From an uncultured virus (IMG/VR IMGVR_UViG_3300050010_000596) (Duplodnaviria > Heunggongvirae > Uroviricota > Caudoviricetes), in the IMG/VR virus record IMGVR_UViG_3300050010_000596: a DNA stretch of 64,000 nt, one strand, 5' to 3'. Numbering within the stretch: the first letter of the stretch is position 1; the number at the start of each line of letters is the position of its first letter. Shown in pieces: positions 48,212 to 58,307 of the stretch. The notes under the pieces are model-generated. The model made no database searches and was not told where the DNA came from. It saw only the letters and a program-made list of their open reading frames with translations. The position numbers were made by a program, and so were the translations under genes.

Positions 48212-50910
48212 CCCACTACTCGCAGCAGCCCTGCCCGTTGCCCGCTGGACTGCCGGTAGCGGCACTCCCACCAATCGTTGTCTACGGTCCAGCCGCCGCT
48301 GGTGACTTCGCGGAGCACACCTGCGGCCGCCAGCACCGCCGTGATACGGGTCTTTTCGGGAAGCACCGCGTAACGCCGGGCCAGTGCCTGGGTCAGGGCC
48401 AGGTGCGGCACGTAGAGGTTGTGGCCGGTGCGGACCAGGTCTTGCTGTTCCTGGTAGCCGTGTTCAGCAATGCGGAGCCTGTCGCTGATGACCAGCTGCC
48501 CCAACAGGTCGGCAAAGGCATCAGCATCTCCGTCGTCACAGGCGGCGTAATACAGCTCGTACACCAAGGGCAACGGTACACTGCCCCCTTGGCGAGCGAT
48601 GAACGCGGCCAGGTCCTCGCGTACGTCCTGGACCTTTAGCCGTCGTTCGCACACGTCGCGGAGATAGGCGGGCACAATCTTGGGCACCAGATCCAGCAGG
48701 CTGGCGTCGATCTGGAGGGGCTCCCAGCCGGTGATGATGTCCCAGCCCAGGCCCAGCTTCCTGATCGCCGCCATGGTAGCGTCCAGGGTGGTGACGCAGT
48801 TGCGGGTGTAGGCCGCCTCGACCCACTGCAATACGGCCGAGGGGCGGGCGGTCGCCGAGATAGGCACTACCAGTGGCCAACGGTGGGCCTGTTCTTCTTC
48901 GGAGATGGTCCGGACCGTGGTATGCCCGGCCAGCTCCCGTACCAAGCAACCTGCCTTGCGGGCTACCGCCAGACCCATGTCGCGGGCCCCGCCGCCTACC
49001 AGCCCGATGCCCCGTGTTGGCCGCAGCAGGGCGGGGGCTAGCACGTTGGCCAGGACACCACTCAAGACGCTCCAGAAGACGCCCGCCGCGTAGTCGTTCG
49101 CCTGGCTCCAGTCCTGGGTGATTGTCTTGCCTAGCCGCAGGTTGGTCGCGGGGAGCACTTCGGTCTCGACCGGCTCGACCACCGATTGCACCTTGTCTAT
49201 GCCGATGCGGTAGCCGGGCAGAACGAAGGCCAGCTGCTGATCGTTCCAGCCCACGGTATCGATGCCGTGCACCAACTGCGGATCGTGGAAGCTCGCGGCA
49301 ATGCTCAGCGCCTGGTGCGACCAGCGGCTGCCGTACCGCAAGAAGCCCTTATCGTTGTCCAACAGAAACTTCCGCATCCACCCGAAGGTGTCCGTGGTGA
49401 ACTTCCGGTCGGCTGTGAGGAAGGGGATCTTCTGGTCACGGAAGCGGATGTGCCCTTTGTAGTAGATCTGGCCGATCCGTTTATGGTTGATTACCTCGTC
49501 AATGTAGAGCTGGGCGTCACAGACCACCTCCATGTTCCGGCTCCAGTCGTTGCGGCGGTAGCAGTACCAGCTGCTCTTCTGCTCCACAATGCAGTAGGAG
49601 TCGATCTGGATCACCCCGCGCAGGTTGTGGGGCTTGAGGATCTTGTCCAGGCGGGTGCGATCTCTGGGCTGACAGGCCTTGCGTACCAGGTCCAGTTGTT
49701 CGGGTGTCAGTTGTAGTTGAAGGAAGAAGTCCTCAATCCGGGGGCGGGTCCAGTCGGGCAGCAGGGCCGCAATGGCCTTGTGCCAGGGGCGAGCCGTCTT
49801 CTTTAGTTGGCGGAAGAGGGCGGTGGGTGTATAGCGCCACATGTAGTCGCGGAGTTTGACCTTGCCCTCGTTCTTGCGGTTGGGCCCCGCCGTGGAGATC
49901 CAGCCGTTGGCGTAGATCGCCTGCTGCACGGTGGCCAGCGAGAGGGAGGGGTCCCAGAAGACGAGCTTGTTGCCGGAGAGCATGTGCCAGGCGAAGCGGG
50001 TGCGGGCCGATGACTGGCCAACCCCTTCTTGCCATAGCACCAAGGGCAGGGTGTCATGGGAGAGGCCGAATTGTCGCAGGTGGAGGTCCAGGTAGAGCAG
50101 CGGGTCGGAGATGGCGAAGACGACCTTGTCCCAATCAGCGGCGATCTCGCGGATGTCGGGCGGCAGCGATAGCCCCGCCTCTTGGCCAGTAGGGTTGACC
50201 TTTAGGAAGATGTTGGCGGAGCGGAAGACGTAGTCCTTGTTCATGTCGCCTTGACGGCCGATGAACCCGAAACCCGTGATCCGACCGGGGGCCACATAGA
50301 AGGGGAGTACCAGGGTCTCCCGCCAGCGACCGCCCTTGAAGATCCGGGTCTGGCCTGTGCCGTGAGACGCGGCCCGCTGGACTGAGCAATTGGGCCGCAG
50401 AATCCGCTCCACCTCTTCGCACATGAGGCCCCCTAGCACCTGTGCCGGACCAGCCTTCCAGCGGTCGTCGGGGAGGTCGTGGTCGAGCTTCATGTTGGAT
50501 AGCAACGCACGCAGCTCCGTGCTATGATGGTGAAGGTATGGTTGGGCCTGCGTCCATAGCAGGGCCAACCGCTTGCGGTAATCGACGTGCGACTTCAAGT
50601 AGGCCTGAATAGCCTGTGTATCGGTAGGGAGATCGAAACCTTGGCGCGTGAGCTTGTGAATCGTTGCCGGAATGGAAATCGCCCAAGCCTTCGCCGCCAA
50701 CTCGATCATGTCGCCCGACTTATGACACTTCGGGCAGGTGAACCACTGGCCGCCTGCGATGAAGTCTTCGGTGATCTCCAACCGCCCGCGATGACACAAG
50801 GGGCAAGGCACTACAGCCGGTAGTACGGGCGACGGCGTGTCGATCCCGAGAACATCCAATAACCTAGCCCATGCGACGTGGGCATTGATCGTCTTGACAG
50901 GAGAAGCCAT
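48208..50910 (-). CDS. degenerate primase-helicase-like protein (Zn finger, DnaG-like core, DUF927-like region)
   Basis: CPLC...FTCPKC..SGDMIEL, LVLPFY...GRITGF; catalytic motifs not recognisable. Confidence 0.55.
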   Translation of the reverse strand: MASPVKTINAHVAWARLLDVLGIDTPSPVLPAVVPCPLCHRGRLEITEDFIAGGQWFTCPKCHKSGDMIELAAKAWAISIPATIHKLTRQGFDLPTDTQAIQAYLKSHVDYRKRLALLWTQAQPYLHHHSTELRALLSNMKLDHDLPDDRWKAGPAQVLGGLMCEEVERILRPNCSVQRAASHGTGQTRIFKGGRWRETLVLPFYVAPGRITGFGFIGRQGDMNKDYVFRSANIFLKVNPTGQEAGLSLPPDIREIAADWDKVVFAISDPLLYLDLHLRQFGLSHDTLPLVLWQEGVGQSSARTRFAWHMLSGNKLVFWDPSLSLATVQQAIYANGWISTAGPNRKNEGKVKLRDYMWRYTPTALFRQLKKTARPWHKAIAALLPDWTRPRIEDFFLQLQLTPEQLDLVRKACQPRDRTRLDKILKPHNLRGVIQIDSYCIVEQKSSWYCYRRNDWSRNMEVVCDAQLYIDEVINHKRIGQIYYKGHIRFRDQKIPFLTADRKFTTDTFGWMRKFLLDNDKGFLRYGSRWSHQALSIAASFHDPQLVHGIDTVGWNDQQLAFVLPGYRIGIDKVQSVVEPVETEVLPATNLRLGKTITQDWSQANDYAAGVFWSVLSGVLANVLAPALLRPTRGIGLVGGGARDMGLAVARKAGCLVRELAGHTTVRTISEEEQAHRWPLVVPISATARPSAVLQWVEAAYTRNCVTTLDATMAAIRKLGLGWDIITGWEPLQIDASLLDLVPKIVPAYLRDVCERRLKVQDVREDLAAFIARQGGSVPLPLVYELYYAACDDGDADAFADLLGQLVISDRLRIAEHGYQEQQDLVRTGHNLYVPHLALTQALARRYAVLPEKTRITAVLAAAGVLREVTSGGWTVDNDWWECRYRQSSGQRAGLLRVVG

Positions 50911-52117
50911 GTCCAATACTCAACCACTCGGTGCGATTCAACGAGACCTGATTACTTATTCGCGCTTGTACGATTTCCCCGCCTACGTCAAGCAGGCGGA
51001 CATGACAGACACCTGCCACCCAGAGAACCTGCCGGTGGCAGCCTGTGCCGACGTACGGAACAATGATCTGCCCGTGCACACCAAAGCCGCCACCTACTAT
51101 TCCTGGGTTCGGTATCTGAACAAACTGGCCAATGCCGAGATCACGCCGAAGTTTCGGGCCCATATCGAAGAGCGGCTCACCAAGCAGGCGGCCTTCTGGG
51201 GTATTGAGGGCGATATTGAGGCCCTCAAGGAGAAGCATGCCTCCTTGCACGCAGCGAGCGATCTTCCCGATTCTGCCTATGCCATTGTATGGTCAAGTGA
51301 GGATGGGCGTAAAGAGCGACACTACCGAATGTCCAATGCCCCCGAGACCAAGGTGGCCAGTGAGGCCTTCCTCGGCCCCCACCGGGATGCCTTCGGTTTC
51401 CGCGACCGGCAGACCATTGCCAAGAAGATTCTCGACAAGGCTGCCGAGTTCGGCGTAGGGCTGGACGAGGACTCCCGCGAGACGCTGGAGAAGCAGGCCG
51501 GACTGGGTATCTACGACCCCCGGGTCTGCGGCCGGGCGATTGCCGACCGGGTGAACATGGTAGCGAACGAGATCCGCAGCGAGGTCCGCGACGGGATGCG
51601 AAAGACGGCCAACGAGGTCATCTCCAATCCCGCCCTGGCGATGGACCCGGAGAACTGTGCCGCGCTCTGCGAAACTCTCGACATGTTCGACCGCATGGCG
51701 GGACTGACCACCAAGTACGCCGAGGGCCTGCCTCGGCCGGAAGACATCGTCTACGCCAACCCCTTCAGCACTGCCGCCGAGTTCGTAAAGAACGCGGCCG
51801 AACTGATCACGGGCGACGTGTTCAACAAGGAGCAGTTCAAGAAGCTGGCCTTGGCCGACATCCGGGCCGTGATGGGTGACGAGATTGCCAACGCCGTGGC
51901 CTTCGGCGTGAAGCAGGTCGATCCGGTGAAGATGGCGGAGATCGCCGGGACGTTCGACCGGGGCACGGCCAAGGCCCTGGTGGACCTGATGGCCGAGGCC
52001 GGTCAATCGCCGGTCATCAAGCATGCCGCGCATACCAATTTCTCAGCGAAGGAGCTGGCGGACCTCGCGCAGCTGAATCGCTTCGTGGGCGAGCTGCCAG
52101 CTGCGACCACTGAGTAG
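50909..52117 (+). CDS. hypothetical protein (possibly virion/head-associated)
   Basis: 402 aa, AGGAG RBS, same strand as terL. Confidence 0.7.
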   Translation: MSNTQPLGAIQRDLITYSRLYDFPAYVKQADMTDTCHPENLPVAACADVRNNDLPVHTKAATYYSWVRYLNKLANAEITPKFRAHIEERLTKQAAFWGIEGDIEALKEKHASLHAASDLPDSAYAIVWSSEDGRKERHYRMSNAPETKVASEAFLGPHRDAFGFRDRQTIAKKILDKAAEFGVGLDEDSRETLEKQAGLGIYDPRVCGRAIADRVNMVANEIRSEVRDGMRKTANEVISNPALAMDPENCAALCETLDMFDRMAGLTTKYAEGLPRPEDIVYANPFSTAAEFVKNAAELITGDVFNKEQFKKLALADIRAVMGDEIANAVAFGVKQVDPVKMAEIAGTFDRGTAKALVDLMAEAGQSPVIKHAAHTNFSAKELADLAQLNRFVGELPAATTE

Positions 52118-52145
52118 GCACTCTACGCCAGTGCAGGTCAGGAAC

Positions 52146-52177
52146 CGGGGCCCGGAGGGAGATTCCTCCGGGCCCCG
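52146..52177. terminator. hairpin terminator between convergent genes
   Basis: CGGGGCCCGGAGG/CCTCCGGGCCCCG followed by T-rich tract. Confidence 0.75.
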
Positions 52178-52189
52178 TCTGTTTCCTGT

Positions 52190-52441
52190 TTACTCCACGA
52201 CCTTGTAAGTCCGGAGGAAATGCTGCCCCGGCCGGATCGGTTCCACGAAGGCGCTCTTGCCTGCGCGGCACAGCTCCATCATCCGGGCACTCGCCTCGTC
52301 GGACTTGCCCAGGTGCATCGAGTCCACACGGAAAGCGAGTCCGGTGATCTTTTCATCGAACACGCGGACCAGGACCACATAGTTGATCACCCCTTCGGCC
52401 ACTGGCCGGAGCGGTTGCTTTTCCGTTGCTTCGTCAGCCAT
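52190..52441 (-). CDS. hypothetical protein
   Basis: 83 aa. Confidence 0.6.
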   Translation of the reverse strand: MADEATEKQPLRPVAEGVINYVVLVRVFDEKITGLAFRVDSMHLGKSDEASARMMELCRAGKSAFVEPIRPGQHFLRTYKVVE

Positions 52442-52449
52442 ACAGGTTC

Positions 52450-52764
52450 CTATCCGGCCGCTTGGGCCTTCTCCGCAGTGGTACGGGGCTGCAACAGGCC
52501 CTTGGCGTGGGCCACGGACATCGGGGTCTGCCCATTTCGCCAGGAAGTCACGCGAACTTCGTTACGGGAGAGCAGGGAGGACACACAGCCGCGCTCTTCG
52601 TCTTGCACCTTGTCGTAGGGCTTGCCGAAGATCACCGAGGCGATGTAACGATGGCTGAAACCACCGCAGCGGGCCAGGTTGATCGTCTACCACTGCTGGA
52701 GCGCGTCCATCCGACGAGTGCGGGCGAGCTTGGCTTTCTTGGCCTTCTTCGCAACATGGGCCAC
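52450..52764 (-). pseudogene. hypothetical gene with in-frame TAG at 52687-89
   Basis: AAGGAG RBS; MAHVAKK...QQW*TINLARCGG... Confidence 0.55.
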
Positions 52765-52801
52765 AACAAATCTCCTTGAGTAATTAGGGAAGTGGGGCGG
52801 G

Positions 52802-53230
52802 TTACGACAACAGGATCGAGATCACGCCCCGCAGTTTGCGTTTCTCGTCGAGGAGCTGGGCGTTCTCGCTTCGCAAGCGAGCCACTTCCTGCTCCAGGGG
52901 TTCTTCGGATTCCACCTCGACCTTCCAGACTTCGCCGGTGCTCAGTTTGGAGAGCTTGGCGTTGCCGAACTTGGGTTGGTGCTTCAGCTTGACCTTCTTC
53001 TCTACCTTGATGTCCGGCTTGGGCTTCTTGAACACGCTGGCCTGCTTGTCTGCGGCATCGCGTTCGGCGATCTTCCGCAAGGCGTACCGCCGATTGTGCA
53101 CCCGCTTGGCGTCGATCTTGAAGCCTTCCTTGGCCATCTCCCGCACAACGACCGGCACATCGAGACCCTGTGAGATGCAACCATCCAGGGCGTCGAGCAA
53201 TGCCTTGTCACGTTTCTTGTTAGCCGCCAT
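52802..53230 (-). CDS. hypothetical basic/coiled-coil protein
   Basis: ORF 142 aa. Confidence 0.65.
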   Translation of the reverse strand: MAANKKRDKALLDALDGCISQGLDVPVVVREMAKEGFKIDAKRVHNRRYALRKIAERDAADKQASVFKKPKPDIKVEKKVKLKHQPKFGNAKLSKLSTGEVWKVEVESEEPLEQEVARLRSENAQLLDEKRKLRGVISILLS

Positions 53231-53365
53231 TCTTGAAATCTCCAATGGTGAAGTGACTTAATTAAGTGCTGCCTTGCGACGATTTCTCCTGTTGTTCGCA
53301 CTGCACGATGAACGCTTCGGCGTCCGCAATCGCATCTCGTGTCTCCGGTTCCATCTCGTCGAGAT

Positions 53366-54496
53366 TCAGTTCACAGCAAGCGAGGAGTCGTTTGATGACG
53401 AGGAGGGCAGTGTCGAGCATGGCTTCTTCCTTTTCTTGGGTTTCTTCTTCCGTTTGAACACAGGCTTCTTAGGCTTGCGGGGCTTGGGCGGAATCTTCAG
53501 TTTCAGCGCCTTGGCCTCGCAGCGAATAATACGGCAAAGGGCCAGCCGGGCAACATGGACTTCGGCCTTGGCTGCTGCTTCTTCGGCGTGCAAGAAAGGA
53601 AGGCAGGCTTCGAGGGCCTCCTGGAGGGTGAATCGCTGCCTATCTCGGGCCCAGCGATTGGTCTGCTTTTCAACACATACACTGTTGGTGCGACTGCGCC
53701 AGACCGGGCCCCAAAACCGTCGAACAGTCTTCTCCAGCATGACGACGTCGCGGAAGTCTGCCCGCTCGTCTTCCTGGGTGCAGAGCAACGGGTACTTCTT
53801 GGGCCCATTGGTCTGCGAGAACAACATATACAAGGCAGCGATCGCTGGCGCTGGGAACGTGTTGCTAGTCCGATAGCTATACTGCCGGACCTTCTCGCGG
53901 TAGCCCGCCTGCCGCGTGTAGCGGGGATTGAAGTTCAATTGGTACAGGTCGAAGCGCCGCTTGACCACAGTGAACCCGGCCTCGCGAAGGCCGTCAATGG
54001 TGCCCAACAGGTTCAGGTCGTCTTCCGTCACCAGCACCGCACCTAGCTGGAGGGTCAGGTCTTGGAGGTAGCCCAACGCACCGCAGTGGACGATGGGCCG
54101 CTCCATGACCAACCAGCCGTCATGCCAACGGCGCTGGTCATTCGTTCCGTAGCGCCAACGATGGCGGCGATTGCCGTACCTGTCGTAGTACCTGTCGGCG
54201 GAGTCCTTTGGTGGCGGAGCCAGGAAGGAACACCGATGCAGATACGTCGCCTCGGGAATCGGCGGCGGGTGCATCTTTTGCAACTGCTCGAAGATAATCT
54301 CCTCGCTGCTGCCCAGCACGGAACCCGGCACATCCAACAACTTCTCGATCTTGTCCGCTTTCACGATGCGATAGCGTTCAGGGAGTTTGAGGTCGTCGAA
54401 GGCCGAGTAACGCAGCCCGCCGCTGATCTGATTAGGAACAGCGACGGACTGCGTCAGAGCGGTTTCCTTACCGTGGGTAAGGGTGATCTCAGTCAT
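53366..54496 (-). CDS. hypothetical protein
   Basis: 376 aa. Confidence 0.7.
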   Translation of the reverse strand: MTEITLTHGKETALTQSVAVPNQISGGLRYSAFDDLKLPERYRIVKADKIEKLLDVPGSVLGSSEEIIFEQLQKMHPPPIPEATYLHRCSFLAPPPKDSADRYYDRYGNRRHRWRYGTNDQRRWHDGWLVMERPIVHCGALGYLQDLTLQLGAVLVTEDDLNLLGTIDGLREAGFTVVKRRFDLYQLNFNPRYTRQAGYREKVRQYSYRTSNTFPAPAIAALYMLFSQTNGPKKYPLLCTQEDERADFRDVVMLEKTVRRFWGPVWRSRTNSVCVEKQTNRWARDRQRFTLQEALEACLPFLHAEEAAAKAEVHVARLALCRIIRCEAKALKLKIPPKPRKPKKPVFKRKKKPKKRKKPCSTLPSSSSNDSSLAVN

Positions 54497-55247
54497 TGGT
54501 GTCGTAGGGGAGCATCACCCGCTGGGCGACCGGGGGCAGCGCGACACCTTCGATTTCGCCGAGCACACGCAGCAGGTCCACGCCGGTGCGCAGTTCGCCG
54601 CGCAGGCAGGCCTTGGTCAACGCCGACTTGGCGCGGCTGAGCATGTTGGGTATGTCGGCCAACAGGTAATGGACCTTCTCCAGCTCGATTTCGATCCTGC
54701 GGATCTCCTCCGATTGCAGCCGGAGCTGCTCCACGGTCTGGGTCATCACCGTGTTGAACGGGCGGGAGATATTCTTATCCACCGAGTAGCCCGAGCGGCC
54801 GTAGTAGTGTTCGCTCTTGGACCGACTTTCGATAGTGGCCACGGTGCAGACGATGACGTTGGTGGTCACCTGCTGATCCTTGACGGATACCGTGGCTTTG
54901 TCGGAGGTGATCCCGTAAGCCTCCCCGGTGAAGGCCGTCAGAGCGGCAGCGAGGGTCTTGGCCTGGGCATCGCTCTCTACGTCGCGGACCACCAGGGTGG
55001 CCTGCTCACTGAGCTTCTTCTCCAGATCGGCGTAGGTCGCCTTGGCGAGACCGAGGTGCGCATTGACATCGGCACGCATTTGCAAGATTGCCGTCCGCGC
55101 ATCGCTGACGCGCATCTCGGCCAAGTCGCCCATTTTGATGGACAGGTCCAGCTTGATTTCGTCCTGGATCACGATCACGTCCTTGATGCTGTTGTCCTGG
55201 GTGACGGGCTTGCGGGTCCGCTGGATGGGTTTGGTTTGCTTCGCCAT
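54489..55247 (-). CDS. hypothetical coiled-coil protein
   Basis: 252 aa. Confidence 0.7.
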   Translation of the reverse strand: MAKQTKPIQRTRKPVTQDNSIKDVIVIQDEIKLDLSIKMGDLAEMRVSDARTAILQMRADVNAHLGLAKATYADLEKKLSEQATLVVRDVESDAQAKTLAAALTAFTGEAYGITSDKATVSVKDQQVTTNVIVCTVATIESRSKSEHYYGRSGYSVDKNISRPFNTVMTQTVEQLRLQSEEIRRIEIELEKVHYLLADIPNMLSRAKSALTKACLRGELRTGVDLLRVLGEIEGVALPPVAQRVMLPYDTND

Positions 55248-55304
55248 GAGAACAAATTCCTCGTTGTGAAAGAAAGTAGGGTTGAAACACAGGTAGGCGG
55301 CGGC

Positions 55305-55913
55305 CTACTTCTCTTCGGGCCGCGCGTAGCGCGGGCTTTCCGTTGCAATCTGCTTCTTCAATTCGTCCAGACCCCAGCGCTCGGCGAGGTAACGGATCTG
55401 GGCGGTGTAGCCTTCGTTGTTCACGCTGGAGCCTGCCTGGCTCGCGGCGGTGTGTACTAGGTCATCCAGCATCTCCTGGAACGCATCATCCACTTCGCCC
55501 TGGTCGCTCAGCTGGTCGAGAAACTCTTCAATGGCTGGATCGACCTGGGTGTAGGCGTAAGGGTCCTTGGGTTTGTACAGGGTGGCGATCCACGCCTCGG
55601 CCCCGTCGTAGGCTTCAGCTGCAAGGTCGAAGTCGGGGAACGGCCCGACGATCTTGAATCCCTCGGAAAGATTGCCGACCACGGCAACGGCTTGGGTGCC
55701 TTCCTTGGCGTGCTCGATCTGGCCACATTCGACGCCTACACCAATCCGCATCATAATGACCTTGGCGGGGGTGCCCTTCACCATCTCGGAGCCCTTCAAA
55801 GCAAACGCCATCTCATGCAGGTGCATGGCGAGCGTCTCGGTGTCCGCACCGTTGGTCACGTAATCCACATGGACCGCCAAGCGGAGGCGGAGTTGGTTGC
55901 CTTCTTTGCTCAT
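55305..55913 (-). CDS. hypothetical protein
   Basis: 202 aa. Confidence 0.7.
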   Translation of the reverse strand: MSKEGNQLRLRLAVHVDYVTNGADTETLAMHLHEMAFALKGSEMVKGTPAKVIMMRIGVGVECGQIEHAKEGTQAVAVVGNLSEGFKIVGPFPDFDLAAEAYDGAEAWIATLYKPKDPYAYTQVDPAIEEFLDQLSDQGEVDDAFQEMLDDLVHTAASQAGSSVNNEGYTAQIRYLAERWGLDELKKQIATESPRYARPEEK

Positions 55914-56671
55914 GTGGGATACTCCCCGAAAACGAATTGCCAGTTGTCGATGGGGATCGTCACTCGCTTGCCTGCGCGGTGCAGGGCCTTATAGACCCCT
56001 GCGGCGGCGTCCCCCAGCTTCTGCGGCGACTGGTTGCCCAGCCAATGCAGTTGACTGAGATTCAGTCGCAAGGTGACAAAGGTGTCTTCGACGAACTCTC
56101 TGGCTGCCTGTTCGTCTTTCAAGAACACCAGATCCGTGAAGCGGTCGTCGGCGTCTTTGCCGGGCGGAGGCTGTTCGTCGGCTCCGCCAAGTCGGTTCCC
56201 CGCCAGGTCGTATTCGGGATCGTCCGTCGTGGTCACGTAGATGGACGGCGGAATATCCAAGAACACCCAGCGGGTCGGATCGATGATGTAGTGCCCATCC
56301 TTGGACTCGATCCAACCATGCCGACTAACCGGCCGACCGGCGAAGTAGCCCGTCTTCGCTATCGGCCCCAGGTACACACCGTAGCGGGAGATCCCGTCAA
56401 TGAGTTTCTTTTCGACGATGAGATTTGCCACCCCGTGGCAGTTTCCGGGCCACTCGCTTAGCGGCAGGCCGATCCACTTTGCGACTTCGACGGGTGCTAG
56501 CAGCTCCCATCCGGGTCTTGTCGGTCGCTTCTTGTGCTTCGGCAGCGGGAGCTTCCGTCGCGTCCGATCCTCCGCCGCGAACACCTCGGCCAACGTCTTC
56601 CCCTTGGACTGCGGCGGTTTCTTCTTGGCTACCGGTTTCTTCTTGGCTACCGGTTTCTTCTTGGCAGGCAT
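55910..56671 (-). CDS. transglutaminase-like (Cys-His-Asp) protein with KKKPVA-repeat N-terminus
   Basis: GNCH, RHGWIE, IIDPT. Confidence 0.55.
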   Translation of the reverse strand: MPAKKKPVAKKKPVAKKKPPQSKGKTLAEVFAAEDRTRRKLPLPKHKKRPTRPGWELLAPVEVAKWIGLPLSEWPGNCHGVANLIVEKKLIDGISRYGVYLGPIAKTGYFAGRPVSRHGWIESKDGHYIIDPTRWVFLDIPPSIYVTTTDDPEYDLAGNRLGGADEQPPPGKDADDRFTDLVFLKDEQAAREFVEDTFVTLRLNLSQLHWLGNQSPQKLGDAAAGVYKALHRAGKRVTIPIDNWQFVFGEYPT

Positions 56672-57057
56672 GGCGCTCCTTTTGTTGTTCAAAATCGACC
56701 AGGATGTCCCCGACCAGGTTAAGCCAATCCGCGTCCTCGGGCGGATTGGGAAGTTCGTACGGACCCAGCACGTTGTTGCTACGGGTCTCGACGTGGTGGC
56801 GCGCTTCGCCGTGTGTATTATGCAGCTCGACGGTGTACCCCGCAACTAGCCCTGCCACGTGGCAGCGGTCGATGGTGATAAAGCACTTCCCCTTGGGTTT
56901 TTCGCGGGGGGTTTGCTTGGTCTCCGCGCGGGGGCGATCTCCGCAGACGTTGCAGTGATCGCACGCATAGCAGTATTGGTCCGCACTGCACTTAGGGCAT
57001 GGTTGGACCACGGTTGAATCGCCGCAGCCCGTACAGGTTTGTTCTTCAACACCCATA

Positions 57058-57327
57058 TCAGCCGCTCACTTTCTTCGATCCATCCATCCCCGGCGACAGG
57101 AACAGGATCTTGACCGGGACGTCGTTGAGGTCCAGGTCGGTGTCGCTGTAGTCGCCGCCGCCCGGTATGTGGATCTGGGCGTAGATGATTTCGGCATCGT
57201 GGGGCAGACGGCCGCTCTCTTTCAGGGTCTGGATCAGCAAGGCTTTGTCGATCTCCACCTGGTACTCCGCAGGCTTAATCACCTGGGGCTTGATCAGCTT
57301 GATGTTCAGTTTCTTGGCCTTCGCCAT
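57058..57327 (-). CDS. hypothetical protein
   Basis: GGAGGAG RBS. Confidence 0.65.
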   Translation of the reverse strand: MAKAKKLNIKLIKPQVIKPAEYQVEIDKALLIQTLKESGRLPHDAEIIYAQIHIPGGGDYSDTDLDLNDVPVKILFLSPGMDGSKKVSG

Positions 57328-57328
57328 G

Positions 57329-57595
57329 TTACTCTCCTCCAAATTTCTGGGCACAATCCCGACAGAGCAAAACGGTGGCAAACTTCTTGCCGGTGGCTCT
57401 GATTTTGGCCGCTCGCCAACCATCGCTCCAGAACGCCAAGACATTGCCTGCGATGTCCGGTCCTTCGTGCGCAGCGTCGTCGCCACACATCTCGCAGCGA
57501 ACTCTACTGGTGACGCAGACGCTGTTAGACATCTGCTTGATCATCGTGTCGTTAGCCCCGTCGTCGAGAATCTCGATCTCGAATTTCTTGCCCAT
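57329..57595 (-). CDS. small Zn-finger protein
   Basis: CEMC...GW...CRDC. Confidence 0.65.
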   Translation of the reverse strand: MGKKFEIEILDDGANDTMIKQMSNSVCVTSRVRCEMCGDDAAHEGPDIAGNVLAFWSDGWRAAKIRATGKKFATVLLCRDCAQKFGGE

Positions 57596-57864
57596 TACTT
57601 GTCTCCGTATTTCTTGAGGCAGCGAGGACAGACGGGACCCTCACTGGCCCCTTCTATACCGGTGTCGGTGATGTTGGCTACTCGCCAACCGAGACGGATG
57701 AGGTTTTGCAGGTTGGTCTGCGTGGCCTCGCTGCTCTCTTCGTGCTCATCGGCGCAGATTACGCAGCTGATTAAGCTGCGGACGAGTACATCGTTGTTGA
57801 CGTGATCGCGGAGGTCGGAGTAATCGGAACCGACGACCTCCACCGTGATTTTCTTCCTAGCCAT
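57595..57864 (-). CDS. small Zn-finger protein (similar layout to neighbour)
   Basis: CVIC...GW...CPRC. Confidence 0.65.
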   Translation of the reverse strand: MARKKITVEVVGSDYSDLRDHVNNDVLVRSLISCVICADEHEESSEATQTNLQNLIRLGWRVANITDTGIEGASEGPVCPRCLKKYGDK

Positions 57865-58054
57865 AGTGCGCCTTGTTGGTGGCTTCCAGGTGGCCCGCCC
57901 AGCGCTGTTCGACGAGCCGGTCGATCCGCTCTTCCATGGCCGTCTTCAACCACTGGGTAGCCAGCTGGAGTTGTTGTTGCAGGGTGTGCGTCGGATAGTC
58001 CTCCTTGGCCTCGGTAAGCCGCACCTCGAACATTGCTTTGAGTTCTTCATCCAT
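57857..58054 (-). CDS. small hypothetical protein
   Basis: GGAG RBS. Confidence 0.55.
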   Translation of the reverse strand: MDEELKAMFEVRLTEAKEDYPTHTLQQQLQLATQWLKTAMEERIDRLVEQRWAGHLEATNKAHYG

Positions 58055-58307
58055 CGGATTTCTCCAGATAGGGTTCCACGGCGTCGTATAAGGCATCCCA
58101 GAAGGTCTTGTGCGGGTTGCCCATCGCCTCCAGGCTGGCGTTGTCGCCTCGGTCGTGCCAGTACCAGTCACTCGTAGCCTTGTCGTAGAGGAACTCCTTC
58201 CTGATGTCCTGGGCGATCTGCATGCGACGGTCCAGTGCATGCTTGAAGTCCGCTATAGCTTGGTCTAAAAGCCCCTGGGCGGCCTTGAGACTATAGGTCT
58301 TGGCCAT
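58047..58307 (-). CDS. small hypothetical protein
   Basis: AAGGAGG RBS. Confidence 0.6.
   Translation of the reverse strand: MAKTYSLKAAQGLLDQAIADFKHALDRRMQIAQDIRKEFLYDKATSDWYWHDRGDNASLEAMGNPHKTFWDALYDAVEPYLEKSDG

Noticed and set aside
25768..52689. Alternative genetic code (stop-codon reassignment)
   Set aside because: Only two isolated in-frame stops of different types; TAG and TGA terminate many genes normally and long genes are uninterrupted
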